13,799 nucleotides of DNA from NCBI GenBank assembly GCA_045046875.1, contig JASFYY010000061.1:1-13799 (forward strand), written 5' to 3'. This DNA is from Verrucomicrobiota bacterium (lineage in GTDB: Bacteria > Verrucomicrobiota > Verrucomicrobiia > Verrucomicrobiales > DEV007). The position numbers and the translations under genes were made by a program. The notes under the pieces are model-generated. The model was given only the letters and a program-made list of their open reading frames with translations, was not told where the DNA came from and searched no databases. The first letter of the stretch is position 1; each line of letters opens with the position of its first letter. This document shows positions 13,706 through 13,799 of the stretch, one piece after another.

Positions 13706-13799
13706 ACTTTGTGCTTGTGTTGTTGGGAGGGGGTTGATAGGGTGGTTTTTATGAGAAAGACGCGGGGATTTTTGTTGGGTGAGGCGGGGCAGACGAATT

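Noticed and set aside
1..13799. Strong G/T richness of the + strand as a special signal
   Set aside because: It persists regardless of gene orientation and is best explained as ordinary leading-strand replication skew.

Overview
Mostly housekeeping chromosome, probably from a Verrucomicrobiota-type bacterium (inferred from gene types and protein style, not certain). In order: 3' end of a serine O-acetyltransferase; an SprT-family Zn-metalloprotease; a convergent membrane-anchored OmpA-domain protein; an rseP-ispG-trmB operon; convergent comEC; tRNA-Gly(TCC) followed at once by a large outer-membrane beta-barrel protein; convergent argS; a stand-alone PTS EIIA gene. No transposase, integrase, CRISPR array or prophage is evident. 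The strongest leads are these. (1) The SprT protease has an N-terminal QLELF peptide resembling a beta-sliding-clamp-binding motif, which suggests a bacterial analogue of the clamp-tethered SPRTN DNA-protein-crosslink protease. (2) An apparently 18-stranded barrel of polysaccharide-secretion type is fused to a 4-Cys helical domain and sits directly behind a tRNA with no OPX partner nearby. (3) ComEC has a degenerate metallo-beta-lactamase metal site. (4) Three convergent junctions leave no room for terminators, while + strand terminator-like hairpins lie beyond two of the antisense gene blocks. (5) Several small palindromic or repeat elements. All were read by eye and none was confirmed by a search.
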